64,000 nucleotides of DNA from Clostridia bacterium (GTDB lineage Bacteria; Bacillota; Clostridia; Oscillospirales; CAG-382), in contig JAGAKP010000064.1 in assembly GCA_017625615.1 (NCBI GenBank), positions 608 through 64,607 on the forward strand, written 5' to 3'. A model generated the notes under the pieces. That model made no database searches. It was given only the letters and a program-made list of their open reading frames with translations, and was not told the origin of the DNA. Both the position numbers and the translations under genes were made by a program. The first letter of the stretch is position 1; every line of letters begins with the position of its first letter. This document shows, piece by piece, positions 28,295-36,971 of the stretch.

Positions 28295-30142
28295 ATGCTG
28301 TGGTATATATGCTTTTACTCTGCGGCGGCAGTCCTTGCGATAGCGTTGTGCGCTATCGTGCTGATGAGCGTTACCGTACGGAAAAAGCGCAAAAGCGTAA
28401 ACTCAATGCAGGTACTCTTTGCGGCTATCTTCGTTGCGGCGTTGCTTCTCGTGCTGCCCGCGTTTTTCGTCGCTTACGGGCAGGATCTGTTCGGCCCCGC
28501 AAAATCCTTTGTATACGCATTCCAAAAATCCCTGCAGGTATTTGCCACCAAGGACGTTTTCTCGGTGGTTTACGACAGCGTAGACAGCATCCCCGCCGAT
28601 ATCCGCCAAGGATATTACGCGTTTACTCTTGCTATCCAGTTTTTTGCCCCTCTTTTAACCTTCGGCTTTTTGCTTTCCTTTTTCAAAAACCTTTATTCCA
28701 TCTGCAAATACACACTTTTGTTCTGGAAGGAGGTACACGTTTTTTCCGAGCTTAACGAAAAAACTCTCATACTCGGAGAAAGCATACTTGATTCTTCCTA
28801 TGAAAAGCAGAAAAAACAAAAAAATATTTTCCGCTTTATAAAGGCGCGCTTGCTTGAGCCTATTATAATTTATACCGACGTTATCGAAAAAAAGAAAAGC
28901 GAGCGGTACGAGCAGGCGGAGCGCGCACGGAATATGGGAGCAATGCTCTTTAACAAGGATCTTACCTTCATCAATTTCGGCTTGCCCTTTTCCCGACGGG
29001 TGATCAAGTTTTACGTCATAAGCGACGATGAAAACGAAAAGGTACGCCATTCCGCCCATATAATAAAAGCATACGATAAGCCCGGTGTAAGTCTTTATCT
29101 GTTTTCCGACGATATCCGCAGTGAAAAGCTGTTGGCTTCCCAAAAAATAGAAAAAATGAAGGTACTGCGTATCAACGACGTACAGTCCCTCATTTATCAC
29201 AATCTTTACGATCACGGCGAAAGACTTTTTGCCCACGCGGCAAAATATAACGAAAAAACCGTTTCCGCCGTCATTATCGGAATGGGACAGTACGGCACGG
29301 AAATGTTCAAGGCGCTTACTTGGTATTGCCAGATACCGGGATACGGTCTTAAAATAAACGTATTCGATATAGACAAAAGCACCTTGGAAAAGCTTACGGC
29401 GGCGTGCCCCGAGCTTATGGAAATGAACCGCAATACCGTCGAGGGCGAGGCTCATTACGATATAACCGTTCATTCGGGTGTTGACGTAAACACCTACGAA
29501 TTTATAAAAAGAATGAAGGAAATAAAGGACGCCACCTACGTTTTCGTGGGACTTGGCGATGACGGCAGAAACATATCCGCCGCCGAAAAGGCAAGAAGCA
29601 TATACGCAGGCATCTGCCCCGACAAAATGCCTGTTATCGAAACCAAGATATACAGCACCGATATCAGAAAGCAGATGGAATCCGACGGTAACGACCTTAC
29701 TATGATCGGCGACCTTCAAAGCTTTTACTCGGTGGATACGGTTTTGAATTCACGGCTTGCCGATATGGGCTTTGAGGTCCACCTGCGCTACGCCGACCAA
29801 GCCGCCCTTAAGGAAGACGGCGGTATGCGCGCGGAATTGCGTAAATTCTGGTGCAGTGAATACAACTTCCGCTCCTCCGTTGCCAAGGCAATGCACGAGG
29901 ACTTACGTGTACGCCTTACCGAAAAGGGACTTATGGATGCCGTTCCCGGTCAGCAAAAGAGCTGGAAGGACAGAACCGAGGCGGAACAGCTTGAGATAGG
30001 TAAGGTGGAGCACGTCCGCTGGAACGCATATATGCGCTCGGAGGGGTACGTGTGCGCCCCCAAAAACCACCTTGCAAAGCATCACCACAACCTCGTTTCC
30101 GTTTTCAAGCTGTCGGACGAGGATCTGCGCAAGGACGGTTGA
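28295..30142 (+). CDS. Membrane protein with cytoplasmic Rossmann-like module(s) and a RyR-like C-terminal half-repeat
   Basis: 615 aa with 3 N-terminal TMs. VIIGMGQYGTEMF (GxGxxG). C-terminus VEHVRWNAYMRSEGY...HHHNLVSVFKLSDEDLRKD resembles the RyR-domain core (EH.RW...GW...HP.LVPY..L...EK). Confidence 0.6.
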   Translation: MLWYICFYSAAAVLAIALCAIVLMSVTVRKKRKSVNSMQVLFAAIFVAALLLVLPAFFVAYGQDLFGPAKSFVYAFQKSLQVFATKDVFSVVYDSVDSIPADIRQGYYAFTLAIQFFAPLLTFGFLLSFFKNLYSICKYTLLFWKEVHVFSELNEKTLILGESILDSSYEKQKKQKNIFRFIKARLLEPIIIYTDVIEKKKSERYEQAERARNMGAMLFNKDLTFINFGLPFSRRVIKFYVISDDENEKVRHSAHIIKAYDKPGVSLYLFSDDIRSEKLLASQKIEKMKVLRINDVQSLIYHNLYDHGERLFAHAAKYNEKTVSAVIIGMGQYGTEMFKALTWYCQIPGYGLKINVFDIDKSTLEKLTAACPELMEMNRNTVEGEAHYDITVHSGVDVNTYEFIKRMKEIKDATYVFVGLGDDGRNISAAEKARSIYAGICPDKMPVIETKIYSTDIRKQMESDGNDLTMIGDLQSFYSVDTVLNSRLADMGFEVHLRYADQAALKEDGGMRAELRKFWCSEYNFRSSVAKAMHEDLRVRLTEKGLMDAVPGQQKSWKDRTEAEQLEIGKVEHVRWNAYMRSEGYVCAPKNHLAKHHHNLVSVFKLSDEDLRKDG

Positions 30143-30182
30143 CCTTCGTTTCCTATCCGAAAACACAAAGGAGAGATAATAA

Positions 30183-30464
30183 ATGTATACACCCAAGCCT
30201 ATAGATACGAGCAAAATATCACTGCCCGAGGAGCTTTTACAGCTTACCGAGGAAATTGCCGAAAACGTCCACGATAACTGGTCCATAGGCCGCATTTCCG
30301 AGGGCTGGACCTACGGCGAACAGCGCGACGACGTAAAGAAGACCCACCCTTGTCTCGTGCCCTATTCCGACCTTTCCGACAGCGAAAAGTCATACGACCG
30401 CACCACCGCTCTCGAGACACTTAAGCTTATCGTAGCGTTGGGATACAGAATCGAAAAAGACTGA
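30183..30464 (+). CDS. Stand-alone RyR (ryanodine-receptor repeat) domain protein
   Basis: 93 aa. EEIAENVHDNWSIGRISEGWTYGEQRDDVKKTHPCLVPYSDLSDSEKSYDRTTALETLKLIVALGY matches the RyR-domain consensus almost residue for residue, as far as I recall it. Confidence 0.85.
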   Translation: MYTPKPIDTSKISLPEELLQLTEEIAENVHDNWSIGRISEGWTYGEQRDDVKKTHPCLVPYSDLSDSEKSYDRTTALETLKLIVALGYRIEKD

Positions 30465-30468
30465 TATA

Positions 30469-30512
30469 ATCACCCCAAGAAGCCTTGCGGCTTCTTGGGG
30501 ACCCCGATAATC
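30469..30512 (-). repeat. REP-like hairpin element, inverted copy identical to the 59076 unit
   Basis: The reverse complement is ATTATCGGGGTCCCCAAGAAGCCGCAAGGCTTCTTGGGGTGATT, a 44/44 match to the unit at 59076. Confidence 0.85.
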
Positions 30513-30514
30513 AG

Positions 30515-30546
30515 AAAATCCGCAGTCGATTTGACTGCGGATTTTT
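30515..30546. terminator. Bidirectional intrinsic terminator between convergent genes
   Basis: AAAATCCGCAGTC-GATTT-GACTGCGGATTTTT. Confidence 0.8.
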
Positions 30547-30554
30547 ATCCGAAA

Positions 30555-30797
30555 TTATACTATTTCCTGTTCTATATCGTCGAAAATATCGGAATTGAAA
30601 AACTCGCGCAAAGAGATATTTAAACCGTCACAAAGCTTTTTAATGGAAACGATGCCGGGATTGTTGCTTCTATCGTTAAGCATACTGTATACGGTGGAAG
30701 GCGCAACACCGGAAATATTGGAAAGTGCGTTTACTGCTATCTTGCGCTGTTCGCAAAGCTGTAATATGCGCTTTGCCACCGCTTCTTTAGTGGTCAC
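30555..30797 (-). CDS. XRE-family HTH transcriptional regulator
   Basis: 80 aa with a GTG start. HTH region ALSNISGVAPSTVYSMLND. Confidence 0.8.
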   Translation of the reverse strand: MTTKEAVAKRILQLCEQRKIAVNALSNISGVAPSTVYSMLNDRSNNPGIVSIKKLCDGLNISLREFFNSDIFDDIEQEIV

Positions 30798-30827
30798 TGT
30801 GCGACCGCCTTTATAAAACCAAAAAGA

Positions 30828-31034
30828 TCACCTGTTTATTTTCGGATTATCAGTGCGTTCAAGCAGGTAATCTACGGAAACATCAAAATAATCTGCTATT
30901 CGTATAAGCGTGGCATAATCCGCTTCTCTTTCGCCGGATTCATAGCGGCTTATGCTGTTTTGATTCATATTAAGATCCATAGCTAACTTGAGCTGTGAAA
31001 CCTTCCGTTGCTTTCGTAATTCTTTTAACCGCAT
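30828..31034 (-). CDS. XRE-family HTH transcriptional regulator
   Basis: LKELRKQRKVSQLKLAMDLNMNQNSISRYESGE is a classic Cro/C1 HTH. ATG at 31034 was chosen because GGAG lies 9 nt upstream. The ORF track starts at a GTG at 31040. Confidence 0.85.
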   Translation of the reverse strand: MRLKELRKQRKVSQLKLAMDLNMNQNSISRYESGEREADYATLIRIADYFDVSVDYLLERTDNPKINR

Positions 31035-31055
31035 TGCCACCGTCTCCGATTGTTC

Positions 31056-31084
31056 TTGACAATATTATACCAATTTGGTATAAT
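31056..31084 (+). promoter_or_regulatory. Sigma-A promoter of the lipoprotein gene
   Basis: TTGACA, 17-nt spacer, TATAAT. Both hexamers are consensus. Confidence 0.7.
31064..31084. promoter_or_regulatory. Candidate operator 1: 9-bp inverted repeat overlapping the promoter spacer and -10
   Basis: ATTATACCA-ATT-TGGTATAAT, perfect arms. Confidence 0.55.
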
Positions 31085-31086
31085 AC

Positions 31087-31109
31087 AAATATCCCATTTC
31101 GGGATATTT
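31087..31109. promoter_or_regulatory. Candidate operator 2 or 5'-leader hairpin
   Basis: AAATATCCC-ATTTC-GGGATATTT, perfect 9-bp arms, just downstream of the -10. Confidence 0.5.
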
Positions 31110-31127
31110 CAAAAAACGGAGGATAAT

Positions 31128-32225
31128 ATGAAAAAGCTAATTGTTTTATTGTTGTCGGCGCTTCTCGTGCTTACAAGCTGCGGAGGGGGAGATGTATCCG
31201 AACTTTCGCAGGATACCGTATCTTACGGCGAGCAAAGTGAAGTAAGCGAATCCGAAGAAGTGAGCAAAGGAGTATCTGCGGAAGAAAGCGTGCCTGAAGA
31301 GGAAAGCGAGGTTTCCGCGGAGGATACAACTGTTCCTGAGGAAAGTGAAGTGTCCGTGCCTGATGAAACGTCAAAAGAATCTGAGGAGTACATTCCGGAG
31401 GAAACTTCAAAAGAATCTGATGTATCCGAGTCAGAAAAAACAGATGCCGCCGTTGACCAAGCATTAAAGCTTATCGAAGAGGGCAAAATAAAAGAGAGCT
31501 ACGAGGTTTTGTACAAAAGCGGAACCGATGCGGCAAAGGAAATGCTGAAAGACTTCGTGGTGGTATACCGGAAGTGCGAAACCTACGACGATTTTTCTGA
31601 GCTCCAATCGTATGATGAATATTCTTATGATGAAAATGGTTTTTTGATTTATGAATATTCAAAAACATGGCACTCTGTTGAATATACGTATGTAAATGAC
31701 GAGAACGGTAATCCTATTGTGTGTACCCAGAAAGATTGCGAAACGGGAGACGTTGAAACTTACGAAGCCGTAAACACATATGACATTAACGGACATTTAA
31801 TAAAGATTGCGGTGGGTAACCATATCGAAGAGTACGAATATGATACTTATGGCAATGTTATACTTAAACGTACAAATAGAGACAGTATGGGGATTGGAAG
31901 ACCTGATACCGAGTATTACAAATATGAATATAATGCGTTAGGTGATATTGTAAAAAAGTATTATTCTTTTATAAGTGAGCCGGAAACTGTAGATTACTAT
32001 GAAGAACATTTTTATGATAATGAAGGTGTTTTGATGAAAACCGAATATTATCAAAACTTGGCTTTCGGACAAGCGGATAATTTCGTACACATCGAAACAG
32101 TCACTTATCATTATGATGAAAACGGCTTATTGATTAAAACTATTGATACTTATTTAGGCAACCCAACCGAAACTATGACCACCACATATTCCGATTATCT
32201 GTTTTTCTACCGTCCGCAGAAATAG
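31128..32225 (+). CDS. Lipoprotein with an acidic Ser/Glu-rich linker and YD/RHS-like repeats
   Basis: MKKLIVLLLSALLVLTSCGG (lipobox LTSC) with a GGAGGA RBS. Reiterated E/S-rich segment (ETSKESEEYIPEETSKESDVSESE). Then YSYDENGFLIYEY, YEYDTYGNVILK, YEYNALGDIVKKY and YHYDENGLLIKT. The ORF-track start at 31050 was rejected. Confidence 0.7.
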   Translation: MKKLIVLLLSALLVLTSCGGGDVSELSQDTVSYGEQSEVSESEEVSKGVSAEESVPEEESEVSAEDTTVPEESEVSVPDETSKESEEYIPEETSKESDVSESEKTDAAVDQALKLIEEGKIKESYEVLYKSGTDAAKEMLKDFVVVYRKCETYDDFSELQSYDEYSYDENGFLIYEYSKTWHSVEYTYVNDENGNPIVCTQKDCETGDVETYEAVNTYDINGHLIKIAVGNHIEEYEYDTYGNVILKRTNRDSMGIGRPDTEYYKYEYNALGDIVKKYYSFISEPETVDYYEEHFYDNEGVLMKTEYYQNLAFGQADNFVHIETVTYHYDENGLLIKTIDTYLGNPTETMTTTYSDYLFFYRPQK

Positions 32226-32231
32226 CAAAAC

Positions 32232-32264
32232 AAAACCCGCAGTTTTCAAAAACTGCGGGTTTTC
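32232..32264 (+). terminator. Intrinsic terminator after the lipoprotein gene
   Basis: AAACCCGCAGTT-TTCAAA-AACTGCGGGTTT. Confidence 0.85.
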
Positions 32265-32362
32265 GCTGTCATGGGGTTGGACTTTTCGGAGTCTCCAATA
32301 AACCGTTTTTAAACGAAATGATTTGTCTGTTACGGGCGCATCGTGATGCGCACCTACTGTTT

Positions 32363-34381
32363 TTAAAACTCAAAATATTTAACGCTCAGGGCGTCCATAT
32401 AAACGTCGGCTTTTCCGTCCTTGAAGGTTATGTCGCCGTAAACGCCGTCGGGCACCTCTGCCGTAACGGAAGCCTTTCCGCCTTCCTTTGCGGCGTTGAC
32501 CAGTATAAACAGCTTTTTGCCGTCTGCCTTTTTGCGTATACCGCCCATAACCGCCTTTTCCTCTACCAAGCCGTGAATTGCCTGCGAGCACTTTTCGGTG
32601 CGGAGTGAGGGAATATTCGTTTCAACCACGGGAGGACGGCAGGTCTCCGTGCCCACGTAGAAGTATTCGCCCAAGGCGTCTCTCGTTCTTACACAGCTTA
32701 TATAGAAATCCTTATAAGGATTTGCGTTGAAATGTGCGGGAGATATCCAGCCAAGCTGCTCGCCGTAAACAAGGCTTTGGGCAATAAATATTCGGGCACC
32801 CGTCCAGTCCTCGTCCTTATCGGACTGATAGCTTCTGCCGAACATCGAAATATATTTTGAATATATTACGGGGAATGCAGGCACCTGCTCGTTTCTTATC
32901 CACAGCCAGGAGAGGTATCCGCCCATGTGGGATATAAAGGGGTCTGCGGTACATTCGGTGGTAAGCATGGCGTCCTCGGGAAGACCGCGGTACACTCTGT
33001 CAAGAAGCGCTCTGTATGAGCGGCACCACCACTGACCGCCTCCCGCCACGTGGGGATGCGTTCTGTCACAACAGGCGTAAGGCTGTGCCGCGGCGATCTG
33101 ATCCATATACACGCCGTCAAAGCCCTCGTCGTTTATCAGTCTGCCCACGGTGTACGCCATTTTCTCCTGCCACAAGGCGGTGGAGGGGCACATAATGGAA
33201 AGGCATACCTTGCTTCCGTCCTCCTCCTTGGAGGAATAGGTTTCGGTAAAGCAAACGCCGTGTCTGTCCTTGGTGGCGTTGGGCTTTGCCACCGAGGTAA
33301 ACTGAAAATCCTCTGCCTTTTTATCGCGGGTGTCCCAAAGTCTGCCGTTTATATAGGGCATAACCTTTACCCCTGCGGCTTTAAGCTTTTTCATACCCTC
33401 CTTGGCAACCTCACGTACGGGGAAGTAGTGGGGGTAATCGTTATCAAAGGGCGCGTTGTGCCACAGATAAAGGTGTACGGGGCTTGCCGTGCCCAAGGTC
33501 TTGGTCGCCTCGATAATATCGTCTGCAAAGGAAGCGTCCTCGTTTATATGCACAAGCCACCAGTGGGGCGCCTTTACGAACCACTCGGGATGTTTGCGGG
33601 AGGAGGAAAGGAACTCCGCTTCCTTTTCCGCCCAATCTCTGTATATAAGTGCGGCGTCGTACCAGTCGCCGTCGAAGAGCTGCCACACGCATTTTCCGCA
33701 AAGGGACTGGGAATTACAGCAAACGTCAATGTTGGTGAGAGTCTGTCCCGCCACCATGGACATATAATTTTCCCCTGCGTTCTTTTTAAAGCTGAATCTC
33801 TTGTATGCGGGCGCGGGGTCGTGAATACCGTAATATATACCTCTGCCGGTGCGTACGTTGTAAAACGCCATATACTGCATGGAAACGCCGTAGGAGGGGT
33901 AGTTCTGTCCGTTTTCCAGCCCTCTCTTTTTCTCGGTGGTATATACCTCGCCGCAGCCGTAGGGGTAGAACATACGCACGTTTTCGCCCGTGTCGAAGGA
34001 CAGCATGGGGTGGTCGCATGCGGATACGGTGTATTGGGTATTTACGGAGCTTACCTGCGTCTGCCATTCAATACGGTTGTGGGTGCATACCGCGGTAAGG
34101 GTTACGGAAATACCGGGTATTTTTTTGTTGCCCGAAAGGATAATGATAGCACCCTCTTCGGTCTTCAGCGTTTCGACCTGCTTCCAATCCTTGTGGGAGG
34201 TAAGGGTTACCCAGCTTCCGTCGGAAAGGTTTTCCGCGTACAGACGGAACAGAGTGCACGCGTGGGTGAGAAGGTTCTTTTTGTTTTCCTTGTCGCGAAT
34301 GGAGTACAGACGGACTCCGTCGCCCGTTTTTTCAATAGCCAATGCAAGATATCCTGCGGAAAATCTGAAAATACTGTTCAT
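32363..34381 (-). CDS. Uncharacterized large cytoplasmic protein, possibly glycoside-hydrolase-like (TIM barrel)
   Basis: 672 aa, no signal peptide. Segments such as GVKVMPYINGRLWD and FDGVYMDQIAAAQPYACCD suggest a barrel enzyme. The family was not recognised with certainty. Confidence 0.4.
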   Translation of the reverse strand: MNSIFRFSAGYLALAIEKTGDGVRLYSIRDKENKKNLLTHACTLFRLYAENLSDGSWVTLTSHKDWKQVETLKTEEGAIIILSGNKKIPGISVTLTAVCTHNRIEWQTQVSSVNTQYTVSACDHPMLSFDTGENVRMFYPYGCGEVYTTEKKRGLENGQNYPSYGVSMQYMAFYNVRTGRGIYYGIHDPAPAYKRFSFKKNAGENYMSMVAGQTLTNIDVCCNSQSLCGKCVWQLFDGDWYDAALIYRDWAEKEAEFLSSSRKHPEWFVKAPHWWLVHINEDASFADDIIEATKTLGTASPVHLYLWHNAPFDNDYPHYFPVREVAKEGMKKLKAAGVKVMPYINGRLWDTRDKKAEDFQFTSVAKPNATKDRHGVCFTETYSSKEEDGSKVCLSIMCPSTALWQEKMAYTVGRLINDEGFDGVYMDQIAAAQPYACCDRTHPHVAGGGQWWCRSYRALLDRVYRGLPEDAMLTTECTADPFISHMGGYLSWLWIRNEQVPAFPVIYSKYISMFGRSYQSDKDEDWTGARIFIAQSLVYGEQLGWISPAHFNANPYKDFYISCVRTRDALGEYFYVGTETCRPPVVETNIPSLRTEKCSQAIHGLVEEKAVMGGIRKKADGKKLFILVNAAKEGGKASVTAEVPDGVYGDITFKDGKADVYMDALSVKYFEF

Positions 34382-34404
34382 TGCTTTTCCTCCGTTTTGT
34401 TTTG

Positions 34405-36585
34405 TTATTCCGAAAGCAGTTGCTTTAAATGTCCGTATCTGTGGGATTTTTTATCGTTTTCCACCATTATCGAAACGCATCTCTGCTTTCCCACGAGGAT
34501 AAGCAGTTTTTTTGCGCGGGTAACGGCGGTATAAAAGAGATTTCGCGTCATCAGCGGGTAAGGGCAGTCGTAAACGGGCATTAATACTACGGGGTATTCG
34601 TTACCCTGACTTTTGTGCACCGTCACCGCGAAGGCGTGCTCAAGCTCGTCAAGGAGTGCAAAATCGTATTCCGCCACGCGGTCGTCAAAGTTAATGACCA
34701 TAGTTTCACTTTGTGTGTCTATGGATATTATCCGCCCCACGTCGCCGTTGAATATGCCTTGTCCCTTAATACCGTCCTTGTCCCATTCGATATCGTAGTT
34801 ATTTTTTGTCTGCATTACCTTGTCCCCCTCGCGGAAGAGGACGTTTCCTATCTTCTTTTCCCGCTTTTTAAAGCTTTTTGGGTTTAACCCCTCCTGAAGC
34901 ACCGCGTTAAGGACTTTTGTGCCAAGCTCTCCTTTTCGGGTGGGGGTAAGTATCTGTATATCCGAAAAGCTGTCAAGCGAATAGGTCTTGGGAAGCCTGT
35001 CCCTGCAAAGGGAAAGAAGAAGCTGCTGTACGTCCGTGTAATTTGAACGCTCCATAAAGAAGAAATCGTTGTCCTTTGCGTTAAGCACGGGCATATTACC
35101 CTTGTTTATATCGTGGGCGTTGGTTACTATAAGGCTTTGCTCTGCCTGACGGAATATGTGCTTCAGCCTTACCACGGGGAAGGCTTCGCTTTCGATAATG
35201 TCCTTTAAGCACTGTCCCGCGCCTACAGGGGGAAGCTGATCAACGTCACCGATAAGCACCAAGGTGCTTCCTCTTTTGACCGCCTTGAGTAGTGAAGAGA
35301 ACAGCAGCAGGTCCACCATAGACATTTCGTCTATTATCACCACCGAAGCGGGGAGAGGGTTTCCCTCGTCTCTGCCGAATTTGGGACGGTGGGCAGTGTC
35401 AAACTCCGTTTCAAGCAACCTGTGTATCGTTTTTGCGTCCGCTCCGCTTGCTTCGCTCATACGCTTGGCGGCTCTGCCGGTGGGGGCGGCAAGACAAAAG
35501 GATATTTTAAGGGATAAAAGCAGTTCCGTAAGCGCCTTTATAACGGTGGTCTTACCGGTACCGGGTCCGCCGGTAATCACGGTAACACCGTTGGTAATTC
35601 CGCTTACTATCGCCTGCACCTGCTCGTCTGCGTAGGTGATGCCGTATTTTCCCTCAAGGTCCTTTATGGCGCTTTCCACACCCTCGTATCTTTCGGGGCG
35701 GGGAGTATCCCTTAAAAGTCTTAATTTCGCGTTTATATAGCTTTCCGCTTCTCTGTATTCGCGGAGATAAATATATTCCTCGTTAGCCCGTACAAGCTCG
35801 CCTCTTTCGCACATCCGCGCAATTGCGGTAGCCACCGACATTGGCTGTACGTTAAGCGCCTGCGCCGTTTTTGCAATAAGGTCCTTTTCGGGCAGACAGC
35901 AATGCCCGCCTGCGTATGCGGCGTTGGACAGCACGTATTCCGCGCCCGCCTCAATACGCTGGGGACTGTCTGCGGGAAATCCCAATTGCTGTGCCACCGT
36001 GTCCGCCTTTTCAAATCCAACACCCTCAATATCGGATATAAGTCTGTACGGGTCCTTTTCTATTATGGTCACTGCGGCGGCGCCGTATCTGCGGTATATG
36101 CGCGCGGACACGGAGGGACCGAAAAAGCGGGAGCAAAACATCATAACGCTCCGCATACCGAACTGCGCGGCGTAGCTTTCGGAAATCTCCTTTGCTCTGC
36201 GGGGAGAAATTCCCTTTATATCGCACAGCCATTTGGGGTTGTTTTCCATTACGTCAAAGGTGTCCGCGCCGAATGCTTCAACAATCCTCGCGGCGGTGAC
36301 GGGACCTATACCCTTGACAGCCCCCGAAGAAAGGTATTTGTATATAGCCTCCGAATCGGTGGGAAGCTTTTTTTCAAAGTATTCGACCTTCAGCTGACGT
36401 CCGAAGGTGGCGTGGACCTGCCACACGCCCTGGGCTTTAATGCTTTCGCCTTCGTTGAGATAAGGCATTATTCCCACAAGGGTAACAAGCTCTCCTCCGC
36501 AGGCGCACTCGCATACGGTATATCCGTTGTCCTCGTTGGTAAAAACTATATTTTCCACAATTCCCTCAAGCGTTACCTGCTCCAA
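34405..36585 (-). CDS. recD2: RecD2-type ATP-dependent DNA helicase
   Basis: 726 aa with a TTG start. N-terminal OB/HhH region. VITGGPGTGKTT, VVIIDEMSMVD, and C-terminal AVTVHKSQG. Confidence 0.9.
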   Translation of the reverse strand: MEQVTLEGIVENIVFTNEDNGYTVCECACGGELVTLVGIMPYLNEGESIKAQGVWQVHATFGRQLKVEYFEKKLPTDSEAIYKYLSSGAVKGIGPVTAARIVEAFGADTFDVMENNPKWLCDIKGISPRRAKEISESYAAQFGMRSVMMFCSRFFGPSVSARIYRRYGAAAVTIIEKDPYRLISDIEGVGFEKADTVAQQLGFPADSPQRIEAGAEYVLSNAAYAGGHCCLPEKDLIAKTAQALNVQPMSVATAIARMCERGELVRANEEYIYLREYREAESYINAKLRLLRDTPRPERYEGVESAIKDLEGKYGITYADEQVQAIVSGITNGVTVITGGPGTGKTTVIKALTELLLSLKISFCLAAPTGRAAKRMSEASGADAKTIHRLLETEFDTAHRPKFGRDEGNPLPASVVIIDEMSMVDLLLFSSLLKAVKRGSTLVLIGDVDQLPPVGAGQCLKDIIESEAFPVVRLKHIFRQAEQSLIVTNAHDINKGNMPVLNAKDNDFFFMERSNYTDVQQLLLSLCRDRLPKTYSLDSFSDIQILTPTRKGELGTKVLNAVLQEGLNPKSFKKREKKIGNVLFREGDKVMQTKNNYDIEWDKDGIKGQGIFNGDVGRIISIDTQSETMVINFDDRVAEYDFALLDELEHAFAVTVHKSQGNEYPVVLMPVYDCPYPLMTRNLFYTAVTRAKKLLILVGKQRCVSIMVENDKKSHRYGHLKQLLSE

Positions 36586-36593
36586 AGCTTATT

Positions 36594-36848
36594 TCACCCC
36601 TTTTTGTATATTTTTCCGTATTCCTCGGTAATATTTTTAATAATTTCTTCGCAGTCCGCGGCGGTACGGCATATAATAACCTTACTGCCCCGCAAGGATC
36701 CGGTATACAGCATTTCTCTTGCGGTCACGGCTGTGTCCGTCTCACGGGGAATATATATCTCTGTTATTTCGGTGCGCTTCTTTTCAAGTATGAAAGTAAG
36801 CAGAAGACACGCCGCCGTGCACGTAACGAAAGCAATGAATATTTCCAT
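36594..36848 (-). CDS. Small membrane-anchored protein, unknown function
   Basis: 84 aa with one N-terminal TM. Immediately upstream of recD2. Confidence 0.4.
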   Translation of the reverse strand: MEIFIAFVTCTAACLLLTFILEKKRTEITEIYIPRETDTAVTAREMLYTGSLRGSKVIICRTAADCEEIIKNITEEYGKIYKKG

Positions 36849-36971
36849 TAAGTATATCCTCCGTTAATTATAAAATAAACTATGTATCTTTTCAAGTAAA
36901 ATTATTATATTTTACTTTACTTTTTTACTTTGAAATGTTACAATAAACTGAATAATAGTATGAGGAACGTT

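Noticed and set aside
33050-34534. A 494-aa plus-strand ORF overlapping the 32363..34381 gene and the recD2 3' end.
   Set aside because: It is antisense to a better-supported CDS. The translation is low-complexity (G/V/H/R-rich) and there is no RBS. The same reasoning applies to 28655..29719 (-), 27222..28154 (-), 38914..40059 (-), 8365..9243 (-), 15374..16369 (-), 5241..6206 (+), 51824..52639 (-) and 56301..57095 (-).
34405-36585. RecD2, and AddAB at 1..5987, as parts of a defence system.
   Set aside because: Both are standard DNA-repair genes in Firmicutes, found here in typical context with no associated nucleases, methylases or variable genes.
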